49,186 nucleotides of DNA from Clostridia bacterium (lineage in GTDB: Bacteria > Bacillota > Clostridia > Lachnospirales > Lachnospiraceae): assembly GCA_003252135.1 (NCBI GenBank), contig QKDK01000122.1, forward strand, positions 1-49,186, written 5' to 3'. Below the pieces are notes generated by a model. It was not told where the DNA came from and made no database searches. It was given only the letters and a program-made list of their open reading frames with translations. Below, piece by piece: positions 39,219-48,245 of the stretch. Position 1 is the stretch's first letter; every line of letters starts with the position of its first letter. A program made the translations under genes and the position numbers.

Positions 39219-39303
39219 AGTGAATGAATAGCACAGTGAATGAATAGCACAATGAATGAATAGCACAATGAATGAATAGCACAGTGAATGAATAGCACAA
39301 TGA
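39219..39303. repeat. 16-bp tandem repeat, 5.3 copies (aRtgaatgaatagcac)
   Basis: Copies start at 39219, 39235, 39251, 39267 and 39283, with a partial copy at 39299. The only polymorphism is A/G at position 2. The array ends 1 nt before the ispE stop codon (39305-39307). Confidence 0.95.
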
Positions 39304-39304
39304 C

Positions 39305-40174
39305 TCAGCCGGGCTGAAAAAATCCTGTCAGGAACGACTGCTTGCCATAGGGACCTACTTTAAAATGCATAAAAGCGGCATTTGCTTTGCTCTGGTCATC
39401 GAATAGACCAAAGACAGTCGGACCGCTGCCGCTCATCAGAGAGCCAAGAGCACCAAAAGAAATCATTGTTGCCTTGATATCTGCAAGCTCCGGGTGCTCT
39501 TTTACAGATACGGTCTCAAGGACATTGCCAAGAGAAGAGCTGAGCATCATCAGGTCTTCTTTTTCAATTGCGGAAATCAGTGCGTCGATATCAGGGTGCT
39601 CTGTGAGTTCTGACAGGGCAAGATTCTCATACACATATTTTGTGGAGATGGCAAAACGCGGTTTTACAATCAGGCAATAGCAGGCAGGTGCAGGCGGCAG
39701 AGGTGTCAGTATCTCTCCGATTCCTTCAGAAAGTGCTGTTCCGCCCAGAAGGCAGTACGGAACATCGGCACCAAGCTTAACGCCCATTTCCTGAAGCTTC
39801 TCAAGGGGCAGATATGTCTCATACAGCTGATTCATTCCATGAAGTGCAGCAGCTGCATCGGTACTTCCGCCAGCCATACCGGCAGCAACTGGTATCTTCT
39901 TCTCCAGCGTTACATGGACACCGCCTTCTATATGATATTCGTTCATGAATAATTTAATGGCTGCATAGATGAGATTGTTTTCGTTGGTCGGCAGAAAGTG
40001 AAGATTCGTTTTTATAAAGATGCCTTTTCTGCGAATTTTCTTCAATGTCAGGATATCGTGCAGCTTGACAGTCTGCATGATCATCCTCACGTCATGATAT
40101 CCATTTGGTCTCTTTCCGATCACATCCAGACCGAGATTGATCTTTGCGTTTGCATACAGTGTGATTTTATTCAT
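39305..40174 (-). CDS. ispE: 4-(cytidine 5'-diphospho)-2-C-methyl-D-erythritol kinase
   Basis: GHMP-kinase motif PVAAGMAGGSTDAAA. N-terminus KINLGLDV. ATG 40174 has aaagga 8 nt upstream. Confidence 0.93.
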   Translation of the reverse strand: MNKITLYANAKINLGLDVIGKRPNGYHDVRMIMQTVKLHDILTLKKIRRKGIFIKTNLHFLPTNENNLIYAAIKLFMNEYHIEGGVHVTLEKKIPVAAGMAGGSTDAAAALHGMNQLYETYLPLEKLQEMGVKLGADVPYCLLGGTALSEGIGEILTPLPPAPACYCLIVKPRFAISTKYVYENLALSELTEHPDIDALISAIEKEDLMMLSSSLGNVLETVSVKEHPELADIKATMISFGALGSLMSGSGPTVFGLFDDQSKANAAFMHFKVGPYGKQSFLTGFFQPG

Positions 40175-40369
40175 TCCGGTCATCCTTTTCCATTGAGATT
40201 ACTCTTAGGATATCGTTAAGCACAGGGTATGTCAATGTATTTTTCCTGTGCACTTTTTGCAAGGTTTTGGGGGAGCTTTTGCTTTGACTTTTCACAGGTG
40301 CTATGCTATCATGAGGAAAGCATGGCGAGGCGCAAGATTGCGTATGATGCGCAGAAATGGAGATATTAT

Positions 40370-41443
40370 ATGGATAAGAAAAGGTTAGCGATCATTTTTG
40401 GAGGACAGTCTTCTGAGCATGAGGTTTCCTGCAAATCAGCAGTGACGATTTCAAACCATATTGATAAAGACAAGTACGAGACAGTATTTATTGGAATAAC
40501 AAAGGATGGCAGATGGCTGAAAGCTGTCTCTGTGGAGGATATAAAGAATGGAACCTGGCGTGAGAGCAGCGTTACTGCTGTGATTTCTCCTGATTGCGGG
40601 CAGAAAGGCATGCTGCTGATCGAAGGTGCTAAGGCAGAACTTGTAAAGATCGATGTGGCATTTCCTGCACTTCACGGATTATATGGTGAGGATGGTACAA
40701 TTCAGGGACTTTTTGAGCTTGCAGGAATTCCCTATGTTGGCTGCGGTGTTCTTGCATCAGCAGTTTCCATGGATAAGCTTTATACAAAACAGATCGTTGA
40801 CCGACTGAATATTCGTCAGGCAAAATACGTTGCTGTATACAGAAACGAACTTGGAAAGATGGATCAGTGTGTTGCTGCTGTGGAAGAACAGTTTTCTTAT
40901 CCGGTCTTTGTAAAACCATCGAACGCGGGCTCTTCCTGCGGAATCACAAAGGCACACAACCGTAATGAGCTGGAGAAAGGACTTAAAGAGGCATCCAGGC
41001 ACGATTATAAGATTCTTGTAGAGGAAACAATCACAGGCCGTGAATTAGAGTGCGCCGTGCTTGGCGGTGACGAGCCGAAGGCATCCGGTGTCGGAGAGAT
41101 CCTTGCGGCAGCAGAGTTTTATGATTACGATGCAAAGTATAACAACGAAGCTTCCAAGACAGTTCTGAACCCTGTGCTACCTGTTGGTGTTGCAGAAAAG
41201 ATCGGAGAGGCTGCAGTTCAGATCTTTAAAGCAGTGGATGGATATGGTCTTGCCAGAGTGGATTTCTTTTATGATACGGTAAAAAAAGAGGTCGTGTTCA
41301 ACGAAATCAATACATTGCCGGGATTTACGTCCATCAGCATGTACCCGATGCTTTGGGAAGAAAAAGGAATGTCTAAGGCAGCACTTGTTGACCAGTTGAT
41401 TGACCTTGCATTTTGCAGGCAGGAGGAGATTTATGTCCAGTAA
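40370..41443 (+). CDS. ddl: D-alanine--D-alanine ligase
   Basis: IIFGGQSSEHEVS, ATP-grasp domain, EINTLPGFT. ATG 40370 is preceded by ggaga. The track start at 40229 is an extension. Confidence 0.95.
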   Translation: MDKKRLAIIFGGQSSEHEVSCKSAVTISNHIDKDKYETVFIGITKDGRWLKAVSVEDIKNGTWRESSVTAVISPDCGQKGMLLIEGAKAELVKIDVAFPALHGLYGEDGTIQGLFELAGIPYVGCGVLASAVSMDKLYTKQIVDRLNIRQAKYVAVYRNELGKMDQCVAAVEEQFSYPVFVKPSNAGSSCGITKAHNRNELEKGLKEASRHDYKILVEETITGRELECAVLGGDEPKASGVGEILAAAEFYDYDAKYNNEASKTVLNPVLPVGVAEKIGEAAVQIFKAVDGYGLARVDFFYDTVKKEVVFNEINTLPGFTSISMYPMLWEEKGMSKAALVDQLIDLAFCRQEEIYVQ

Positions 41444-42245
41444 TCTTCCTATCGGGGTATTTGATTCCGGTATCGGCGGACTTACTGTTGTGAAGGAAAT
41501 CATGAACCAGCTTCCCGGAGAACGGATCATATATTATGGAGACACTGCACGGGTCCCTTACGGCAGTAAATCAAAAGAAACGGTAACTGCTTATTCAAAA
41601 CAGATTACCAGATTTCTGCTGAGCAAGGAGGTAAAAGCAATTGTCGTTGCCTGTAACACTGTCAGTGCTGTGGCAATGGATGCACTGCTTGCAGAGGTGA
41701 AGGTACCATTGATCGGCGTGGTCAAACCGGGTGCACGTGTCGCTGCAGAAACAACCAAAAATGGAAGCATAGGTATCATCGGAACAGAAACGACAGTGCG
41801 AAGCCATGTGTATAATTCATTTATTAACAGCATAGATCCAAAACTTCAGATCTTTGGGAAAGCCTGTCCCCTGTTTGTTCCGCTGGTTGAAGAAGGCTGG
41901 CTGAATCATCATGTAACAGAGGAAGTAGTGGAACATTATCTGAAGGATCTGATGGAGAAGAACATTGATACCCTGGTTCTTGGCTGTACGCATTATCCTT
42001 TGCTTCGGGATGTGATTCAGGCTTGTGTAAAGGATTCTATAACGCTTGTTAATCCGGCTTACGAAACTGCAAAGGTGTTAAAAAAGTGCCTGGAAGATAA
42101 TGATATTCTAAGCAGTTATCAGCAAGTCACAGATCATACCTTTTATGTGAGCGATGGTGCAGAAAAGTTCAGAAGCTTTGCGAACTCGATTCTGCCATGT
42201 GACATTATAGAGACCAAGGATGTCAATGTGATGACTTTTGAATAA
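41433..42245 (+). CDS. murI: glutamate racemase
   Basis: IGVFDSGIGGLTV, VVACNTVS, LGCTHYPL. ATG 41433 is preceded by aggaggag and overlaps the end of ddl. Confidence 0.95.
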   Translation: MSSNLPIGVFDSGIGGLTVVKEIMNQLPGERIIYYGDTARVPYGSKSKETVTAYSKQITRFLLSKEVKAIVVACNTVSAVAMDALLAEVKVPLIGVVKPGARVAAETTKNGSIGIIGTETTVRSHVYNSFINSIDPKLQIFGKACPLFVPLVEEGWLNHHVTEEVVEHYLKDLMEKNIDTLVLGCTHYPLLRDVIQACVKDSITLVNPAYETAKVLKKCLEDNDILSSYQQVTDHTFYVSDGAEKFRSFANSILPCDIIETKDVNVMTFE

Positions 42246-42339
42246 TGAGCTGTAAGGTGAATTCATGAACAGATTCCGGGAAAAGAAAGTATTCGAAGGT
42301 TCACGGGGTATGCGGTGATACTAAGGCTTTTGGATGTTT

Positions 42340-42368
42340 TTGCCGATATATAAAATGAAGAATATCAT
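42340..42368 (+). promoter_or_regulatory. candidate promoter for the DUF1934 gene
   Basis: TTGCCG, 17 nt, TATCAT. Confidence 0.35.
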
Positions 42369-42459
42369 GAATTGCAGCAGGGTTGTAAATCCATAAGTGG
42401 TTTGAACGGTCCGGCCGGGGTGATCATCCCGGACATGCGAGACAGAATGGAGGTACGGT

Positions 42460-42900
42460 ATGATAAAAGATGTATTAGTATCCATTTCCGGTCTGCAGAC
42501 AGAACTAGGCAGTGATGAAACAGTTGAGGTTGTAAGCTGTGGTGAATATCATTTTCGTAATGGAAAGCATTTTGTCATTTATGAAGAAGTTATGGATGAA
42601 AGTTCGAACCACATGGACACCAAATGTTTGTTGAAAATGTCTGATAAGCAGATTGAACTGCTGAAAAAAGGTGATGTGGATACCCATATGATTTTTGAAG
42701 AAGGCAAGACACATCTTAGCAGATACACGACAGAATTCGGAGATCTTGTGGTTGGAACCACAACAAGCTCAATAGAAATCAAAAATACCGAAGATGAGCT
42801 GCTGGCGGAGCTTGCTTATACCCTGGAGATCAATTACCAGTTCGTTTCTGAGTGTCATCTGACCATGAAGGTAACTCCAAATGCCGGAGCAAGTTCGTGA
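42460..42900 (+). CDS. DUF1934 (YwiB-like) domain-containing protein
   Basis: 146 aa. The size and N-terminal pattern (VxISGxQ...) are typical of DUF1934, recalled from memory. Confidence 0.7.
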   Translation: MIKDVLVSISGLQTELGSDETVEVVSCGEYHFRNGKHFVIYEEVMDESSNHMDTKCLLKMSDKQIELLKKGDVDTHMIFEEGKTHLSRYTTEFGDLVVGTTTSSIEIKNTEDELLAELAYTLEINYQFVSECHLTMKVTPNAGASS

Positions 42901-42959
42901 AGCAGGGCTATCAGTGTCTTGGTCTGCTGCCGTAACTTAAAACTTATTAATAGAATAAT

Positions 42960-42995
42960 AAAAGCGTGTGAGAGAAACCATCACACGCTTTTCAT
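42960..42995. terminator. bidirectional intrinsic terminator
   Basis: aaaagcgtgtga / tcacacgctttt, between convergent genes. Confidence 0.75.
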
Positions 42996-43023
42996 TTAGA
43001 CACCTATGAAAGGTGATTTATTT

Positions 43024-43494
43024 TTATTTTTTACTATCTTTATCCTTTTTAACAATTTTATCTTTCATTCTGGCAAGGAATTTCTTCTTGACCGGTTTTG
43101 CTTCCAGGCCACCGCGCATTCCCTTGACATCGATAACGTAGATTCCGTTCATTACCGCTTTAACTTCCTTTTTCACTGGAATCAGGTCAAAGATCTTTTC
43201 GTCACACATTAAGCTTGTAACCTTTGGTCCGATTTTAGCTTTGATAACAGGTACTTTAGTACGACGAAGATACTTTGGCGTCTGATCAATCACTATCTGC
43301 GGAAACCCGGCTTCGGTTATCTTCATTCGCTTTTTGTCAATGACCAGAATGGAATAGGTCTGTGCACCGGCCCGTATCTCTGCCTGTGAAGCTTCTGATT
43401 TCTTCTGAAGTTTCCTGCCATATATCATTAATGCAACCAAAGCTGCAACAAGTACTATGGAAACTACCAATAAAACGATCTGTAAAGTGCTCAT
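43024..43494 (-). CDS. membrane-anchored, lysine-rich hypothetical protein
   Basis: 156 aa. N-terminal TM segment (LQIVLLVVSIVLVAALVALMIY). SD ggaggagg before the ATG. No family recognised. Confidence 0.6.
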   Translation of the reverse strand: MSTLQIVLLVVSIVLVAALVALMIYGRKLQKKSEASQAEIRAGAQTYSILVIDKKRMKITEAGFPQIVIDQTPKYLRRTKVPVIKAKIGPKVTSLMCDEKIFDLIPVKKEVKAVMNGIYVIDVKGMRGGLEAKPVKKKFLARMKDKIVKKDKDSKK

Positions 43495-43585
43495 GGTTCT
43501 CCTCCTCTCTTTTGTAACATCATAAATAACCGCAATGGTAGTATTATATCATGGAATATTTGAATTGAAAAGGTCAGTTTTATAA

Positions 43586-44299
43586 TTAGGGAAGCATAGA
43601 AGCCAGAACATTCTGTACATAGGTACCAAGATGTTTCTGGTCTTCCTTTTCGAGTTGAGAGGGCAGAATCGGAGCACCATAGGTGATAGTCACTTTTGTG
43701 CGTCTGACCTTTGGGATATGCATCTCGAAGATCTCATCAGACTTCCATATGGCAACTGGAACAATTGGACAGCCTGTCTTGTCAGCAATCTTAAAGGAAC
43801 CTTCTTTAAACGGAAGAAGTTCTTTATTATGATTCCTTGTGCCTTCCGGCATAACAAATACAGAGTAACCGTGTTTTATATCATCAATAGCGGAAAGAAT
43901 GGTCTTCATGCCTTCCTTCATGTTATCACGATCCAGGAAAAAGCAGTTCACCAGCTTCATCCACCAGCTCAAAAAAGGTACCTTCTGTATCTCTTTTTTG
44001 GCAATGATGCCGGTAAGAACAGGGACGGTAGTATAGATGATCGGTATATCAGCAAAGCTTCTGTGATTTCCGGCAAACAGGACGGCCTTGTCTCTCGGAA
44101 TATTTTCAAGACCCTTAACACTGACTTTTGTACCTGCACTTAACAAGACACAGCGAAAACCAAAGTTTACCAGAGGCTGAGCGATCTTTGTCCGAAGCTT
44201 TCTGTTAAATCTGCCAAGCAGAAGAAGAACAAGAAAAATAGGAAGTGTTATGATAAAGAACAGTATTAATGTCAAAATGACAAGAAATAAACGTATCAT
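43586..44299 (-). CDS. plsC: 1-acyl-sn-glycerol-3-phosphate acyltransferase
   Basis: HX4D motif NHRSFAD and PEGTR motif, with an N-terminal TM segment. Confidence 0.9.
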   Translation of the reverse strand: MIRLFLVILTLILFFIITLPIFLVLLLLGRFNRKLRTKIAQPLVNFGFRCVLLSAGTKVSVKGLENIPRDKAVLFAGNHRSFADIPIIYTTVPVLTGIIAKKEIQKVPFLSWWMKLVNCFFLDRDNMKEGMKTILSAIDDIKHGYSVFVMPEGTRNHNKELLPFKEGSFKIADKTGCPIVPVAIWKSDEIFEMHIPKVRRTKVTITYGAPILPSQLEKEDQKHLGTYVQNVLASMLP

Positions 44300-44450
44300 G
44301 GTATGGCTCCCGTCTCTTTATTTTTATATGCTCATTAACTATAGCTTTTTTAAAAGAGTTCGTCAAGTAGCGGGCCTGCAGAGCGAGGTAAAATTTGAGA
44401 AAGAAAATGGTTGGCGGAGTCTTTACTACTGTTCTGCTCATGATTTGACA

Positions 44451-44478
44451 TTGACTTGTTGCCGCGGGATGGTATAAT
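44451..44478 (+). promoter_or_regulatory. sigma-A-like promoter
   Basis: TTGACT, 16 nt, TATAAT, with a TGg extended -10. Confidence 0.5.
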
Positions 44479-44568
44479 TAAGGCAGAGATGTTGGCAGCA
44501 GCTGATATCAGCAGGGTATGAGGTGACTTGTACCTTTGAATGCAGAAAATAAAAAGGAGATGGTGAAT

Positions 44569-45204
44569 ATGGATATTACAGCATTGTATAAAATTAGTTA
44601 TGGTCTGTTTATAGCAGGTGTAGAAGCTGAAGGTAAACTTAATGCCTGTGTCATCAATACAGCAACACAGCTGACAGTCACCCCGCTTTATGTATCTGTT
44701 ACATTATTGAAGAGCAATTACACAGCTGAATTGATCGAGAAGAAACAAAGCCTTGCCTTGTCAGTTATATCCATGGATACTCCCTTGTCCCTGATACAGC
44801 ACTTTGGAGGAAAATCAGGCAGAGAAGTTGATAAATTCAAAGATATTACATATACAGTGGATGAGAACAATAATCCTTATATTGAGAATACCATGCTTGC
44901 GTTCATCAGTATGAAGGTCGTGAAAACCATTGATCTTGAAACACATGTTATGTATATAGGAGAGGTTACCAACACAGACCACCTTGCATCGACTGCAGCA
45001 CCGATGACTTATGCGGATTATCGTCACAAGAGTGCAAAGACAGGTAAAAAGGGTCCAGAAGCCCCGACGGTTTCAAATGAGAAGCAATATGTATGCTCGA
45101 TCTGTCATTATATCTATGACGGAGATGTACCGTTCGAAGAGCTTCCTGAGGACTATGTATGTCCTGTCTGCAACCAGCCCAAATCAGTATTTGATGCGCT
45201 GTAG
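44569..45204 (+). CDS. flavin reductase domain-rubredoxin fusion (high-molecular-weight rubredoxin-like)
   Basis: N-terminal flavin-reductase-like FMN-binding fold (ISYGLFIA...). C-terminal rubredoxin CSICHYIY...[11 protein letters not shown] 44569 lies downstream of aaggag. Confidence 0.82.
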   Translation: MDITALYKISYGLFIAGVEAEGKLNACVINTATQLTVTPLYVSVTLLKSNYTAELIEKKQSLALSVISMDTPLSLIQHFGGKSGREVDKFKDITYTVDENNNPYIENTMLAFISMKVVKTIDLETHVMYIGEVTNTDHLASTAAPMTYADYRHKSAKTGKKGPEAPTVSNEKQYVCSICHYIYDGDVPFEELPEDYVCPVCNQPKSVFDAL

Positions 45205-45249
45205 AGGTCATTTGGACCGATGCTGACAAAAGTTAACTGAAACACATTC

Positions 45250-45288
45250 AAAGAAGCGTGTGAGATCGAATCATACGCTTCTTTTATC
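45250..45288 (+). terminator. intrinsic terminator
   Basis: aaagaagcgtgtga / tcatacgcttcttt followed by a T-rich tail. One G-U pair is only possible on the + strand. Confidence 0.75.
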
Positions 45289-45380
45289 TTTTACAGGTCT
45301 TCTATTCGTTTTGTGGATCTTAAACCAGCATGATGTAACAGATCATACTTTTTGTGCAGCTGTCCATATCCTGCTTTGTT

Positions 45381-46133
45381 TTAATAAAGGGTAAATCCCA
45401 GCTTTTTATAAAAAAGCTTTGCATGGGGAAATGCCCGAAGCGTTATAATACAGGCATTTGCTGCAAAGGTATCCGAAATTGCCACCATGCAGGCGGCCCT
45501 TGAAAGTCCTTTATTCCGATATGCTTCTTGTGTACAGACGAATTCAAGAGAGGCTACTCCTTTGTTATTCAGTATAGTACATACGGAAGCAGGGATATTA
45601 TCATAATATGCAATATAGCACGACATGATGTGTTCCTCGCACAGAGGATAATGATGTACCGGGTGAAGCATCGGATAAGAGCCATGTAATATATTGTTTG
45701 TCATGTCAGCGAGGAGATGAAAGTCCTCTGCGCTTTGAACCTTTTTCACGCTAATGTGAGGCAGATGTGTCTGTATTGATGATGAAAGAGGCGGCAGTAT
45801 TGCCATACAGCCTTCCTCTTCATTTGTTTCAGTAGCTGCAGGCGGTCTGTCAGCGCCGTATATAGCTGCTTCGATTTCCTCGCTTAGATGGAAGCCCCAC
45901 CAGGTGTGCTGCTGCAGAGCTTTGATTTCCTTGATGATTTCCTTTTGCTGTCCAACTGATAAATTCTCCAGGCGTATATTGAATACGCAGGAACAGCCGC
46001 TTTCTCCGGGTCTTGGTCTTACAAGCGAGTAATAGTCGTTATCTATGATTTCCATGTGTTCTGCGCTTCCTAATATTCTTAGGTAAAAATTAGCTCCGTC
46101 ATCAATATGACGGCATATCTCCTGATATTCCAT
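45381..46133 (-). CDS. GNAT-family N-acetyltransferase with an N-terminal domain of unknown function
   Basis: The C-terminal ...EAYRNKGLSRA...KLFYKKLGF region is typical of a GNAT acetyl-CoA site. The N-terminal ~130 aa is unassigned. Confidence 0.75.
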   Translation of the reverse strand: MEYQEICRHIDDGANFYLRILGSAEHMEIIDNDYYSLVRPRPGESGCSCVFNIRLENLSVGQQKEIIKEIKALQQHTWWGFHLSEEIEAAIYGADRPPAATETNEEEGCMAILPPLSSSIQTHLPHISVKKVQSAEDFHLLADMTNNILHGSYPMLHPVHHYPLCEEHIMSCYIAYYDNIPASVCTILNNKGVASLEFVCTQEAYRNKGLSRAACMVAISDTFAANACIITLRAFPHAKLFYKKLGFTLY

Positions 46134-46234
46134 GGTTCTCCCCCTTTATATGTGCAATGGTTTTGACAGTCGCAGGCAGCTAACTATACGATGATAATGT
46201 AAGCGACCGCTCCTGTTAGCTGTCTTTTACAGTA

Positions 46235-46271
46235 TAAAAAACCAAGTATGACAGCTGTATGTCATACTTGG
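46235..46271 (-). terminator. intrinsic terminator of the WYL regulator gene
   Basis: 12-bp stem ccaagtatgaca / tgtcatacttgg, followed by a T-run on the minus strand. Confidence 0.8.
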
Positions 46272-46290
46272 AAAGTTAGGATAAAATGAT

Positions 46291-47232
46291 TTAATTTTCT
46301 TCTGTTTCATATAAAGACAGAAGCTTTCCTGCCTGTTGCCTGATTTCCTCCTGCAATAACACTGGTGACAATACCTTGACAAAGTATCCAAAACCAAGGA
46401 TCAGTTCGAACAGCCAGTTATTGAAAGGGGCAGTAAAATGAACCGTGCCTGAATGATCAGCTCTTAACTGAATTTGTTCTTCGTTGAAGCTGTCAACGAT
46501 CTTTGCCAGTACTGGAGCATCAAATTCGAGAACTATATCTATGACTTCACTACTCTGATACCAGTCAGGCAGATAGTCGAGAGCCTCAACAGGCACAGCA
46601 CTGCGGGAAAAGGAGGTATTCGTACTTTTAACATTTCGCATACGTTTCAGTTTGAAGAGCCGGAAATCATCTTTATCAAGACAGTATCCGTGCAGATACC
46701 AGGAAAAATCCTTTAACAGCAGGGACAAGGGCTCAATGCGGCGATGTGTGTATTCTCCATTACCGTTGATGTAATCAAAGGTCAGAACTTTCTTGTCATT
46801 AATAGAAGCAGTAAGGAACTTGACCTTTTCTTTATCTGTGTTATTGCTGTTCCAACTGGTAAAATCAATATTGACAGGTATCTGCAGTGGCTGTGCTTTA
46901 CTTGTTTTTGATTGTAACGTCTCCAGCTTTTCAAGTGTTAGGGTATACTTACTGTTATGTACGGTATTGTTCAGATTCTTTAGTGTCTGTATCAGGGTGC
47001 CAAGCTCCAGTTCATCAAAAAAGTTCTTGTTAATTTTATAGGTGTCAAGAATACCAAATCCACCCTCTGCACCCATGAAGGAAACGATTGGAATACCGGC
47101 CTGATTAATGGTGTCGATATCTCTGTAGATGGTTCTTTTTGATACTTCAAATATAGCAGCAAGCTCCTTTGCATTGACCTGGTCTTTGTTCAAAAGCATC
47201 ATAATAATTGCTATAAGTCGTTCAAGCTTCAC
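46291..47232 (-). CDS. YafY-family transcriptional regulator (HTH plus WYL domain)
   Basis: N-terminal HTH AKELAAIFEVSKRTIYRDI. Central WYL-like SWYLHGYC. 313 aa. Confidence 0.88.
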   Translation of the reverse strand: MKLERLIAIIMMLLNKDQVNAKELAAIFEVSKRTIYRDIDTINQAGIPIVSFMGAEGGFGILDTYKINKNFFDELELGTLIQTLKNLNNTVHNSKYTLTLEKLETLQSKTSKAQPLQIPVNIDFTSWNSNNTDKEKVKFLTASINDKKVLTFDYINGNGEYTHRRIEPLSLLLKDFSWYLHGYCLDKDDFRLFKLKRMRNVKSTNTSFSRSAVPVEALDYLPDWYQSSEVIDIVLEFDAPVLAKIVDSFNEEQIQLRADHSGTVHFTAPFNNWLFELILGFGYFVKVLSPVLLQEEIRQQAGKLLSLYETEEN

Positions 47233-47300
47233 ACGGGCACCTCACCAGTTATGATTTTATCTATCTTATTTTAACATAAGAAAGCAGGATAGCAAAGTAA

Positions 47301-48134
47301 TTACATTTTTTTTGCCATCACACAAAAAAGTTCACTGTCAGCATCAAATGGAGCACCGGCCACGTCTGCAAAAAGACTGACGTTTACAAAGCCGGCACTT
47401 ATCAGGTCTTCTCTTAGCTCCGCTGGTGTAAAGGTATGTTCCCAGATATTAAAGCATTCCGTTGCAGTGGCAGTCATAGTTATGGTCTGACGAAGAAAGG
47501 TTTGTTCCTCTTCATAACGGTAGAATGAATTCAGGCAAAGATGAGGCTCTGCTTTCCAAAAGCCTGTCTGGCAGACCTCCCAGGTTCTGGATTCCGGTTT
47601 ATCTGCATAGAATTTTTTAGTAAAAGCATCAAGAATAAAAGCTCCACCTGGTTTTAATGCTGCGTGTATCTTTTGGAGCAAAAGCCGTCTGTCCTCTGTG
47701 GACAGCACACCAAAATCACAGTATATCAGCGTAGCGATATCAAATTCACCTTGGTATGATATAGTCAGATAATTCTGATAGGCATAATGAATATTGAGTC
47801 CTTGCTGCAGAGCACTTTGCTTTGCATAATTAATAGAACGTTCTGAAAAATCGATACCGGTAACAGTATAAGATTTCTTATTGAATTTTTCTGTATAAAT
47901 GCCAGGGCCGCAGCCAAGATCGAGCAGCTTGTTATACTGCGAGGGCGGCAGCATCAAAGCAATCCAGTCGACCGATCTTTCTACGAATGCATGGGGTCTG
48001 GTGGCAGCTTCCCATATCGGATCAAGGTGTGCCTGCAGCATCATTTTAGAGATGTGTTCATCATCCCAGAATTTTGAGGTGCTTTTCTCATAAAGCTTTG
48101 GTCTTTGCGCATAGGCAGCTATCTTTTCAAACAT
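47301..48134 (-). CDS. class I SAM-dependent methyltransferase
   Basis: Motif I LLDLGCGPGIY. ATG 48134 is preceded by taggagg. The track start at 48239 is an extension. Confidence 0.88.
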   Translation of the reverse strand: MFEKIAAYAQRPKLYEKSTSKFWDDEHISKMMLQAHLDPIWEAATRPHAFVERSVDWIALMLPPSQYNKLLDLGCGPGIYTEKFNKKSYTVTGIDFSERSINYAKQSALQQGLNIHYAYQNYLTISYQGEFDIATLIYCDFGVLSTEDRRLLLQKIHAALKPGGAFILDAFTKKFYADKPESRTWEVCQTGFWKAEPHLCLNSFYRYEEEQTFLRQTITMTATATECFNIWEHTFTPAELREDLISAGFVNVSLFADVAGAPFDADSELFCVMAKKM

Positions 48135-48245
48135 AATCAATCCTCCTAAAGAAAATGATAAAATAAAATCGAAACGGAAAGTAAATGAAGCACTATCATA
48201 TGGTAAAACGAATAACAGCAATAAAACGAATAACAACAAAATAAT

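Noticed and set aside
39080-39298. 72-aa minus-strand ORF (MLFIHCAIHSL...)
   Set aside because: Its repetitive peptide sequence is simply the translation of the 16-bp tandem repeat, so it is not a gene.
40229-40369. N-terminal extensions in the ORF track (ddl 40229; also 38266-38388 RR, 48135-48239 MTase, 31525-31575 hydA, 27344-27508 veg, 4305-4397 spoVG, 24149-24193, 41400-41432, 35558-35596, 37429-37476)
   Set aside because: In each case an internal ATG with a well-spaced Shine-Dalgarno sequence coincides with the conserved family N-terminus. The upstream residues are hydrophobic or low-complexity read-through of intergenic DNA.
45381-48134. WYL-containing cluster as an anti-phage defence island
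   Set aside because: No nuclease, helicase, restriction, TIR/SIR2, reverse transcriptase or cyclase genes are present, and there are no flanking integrase or tRNA hallmarks. It is retained only as a low-interest unknown-function cluster.
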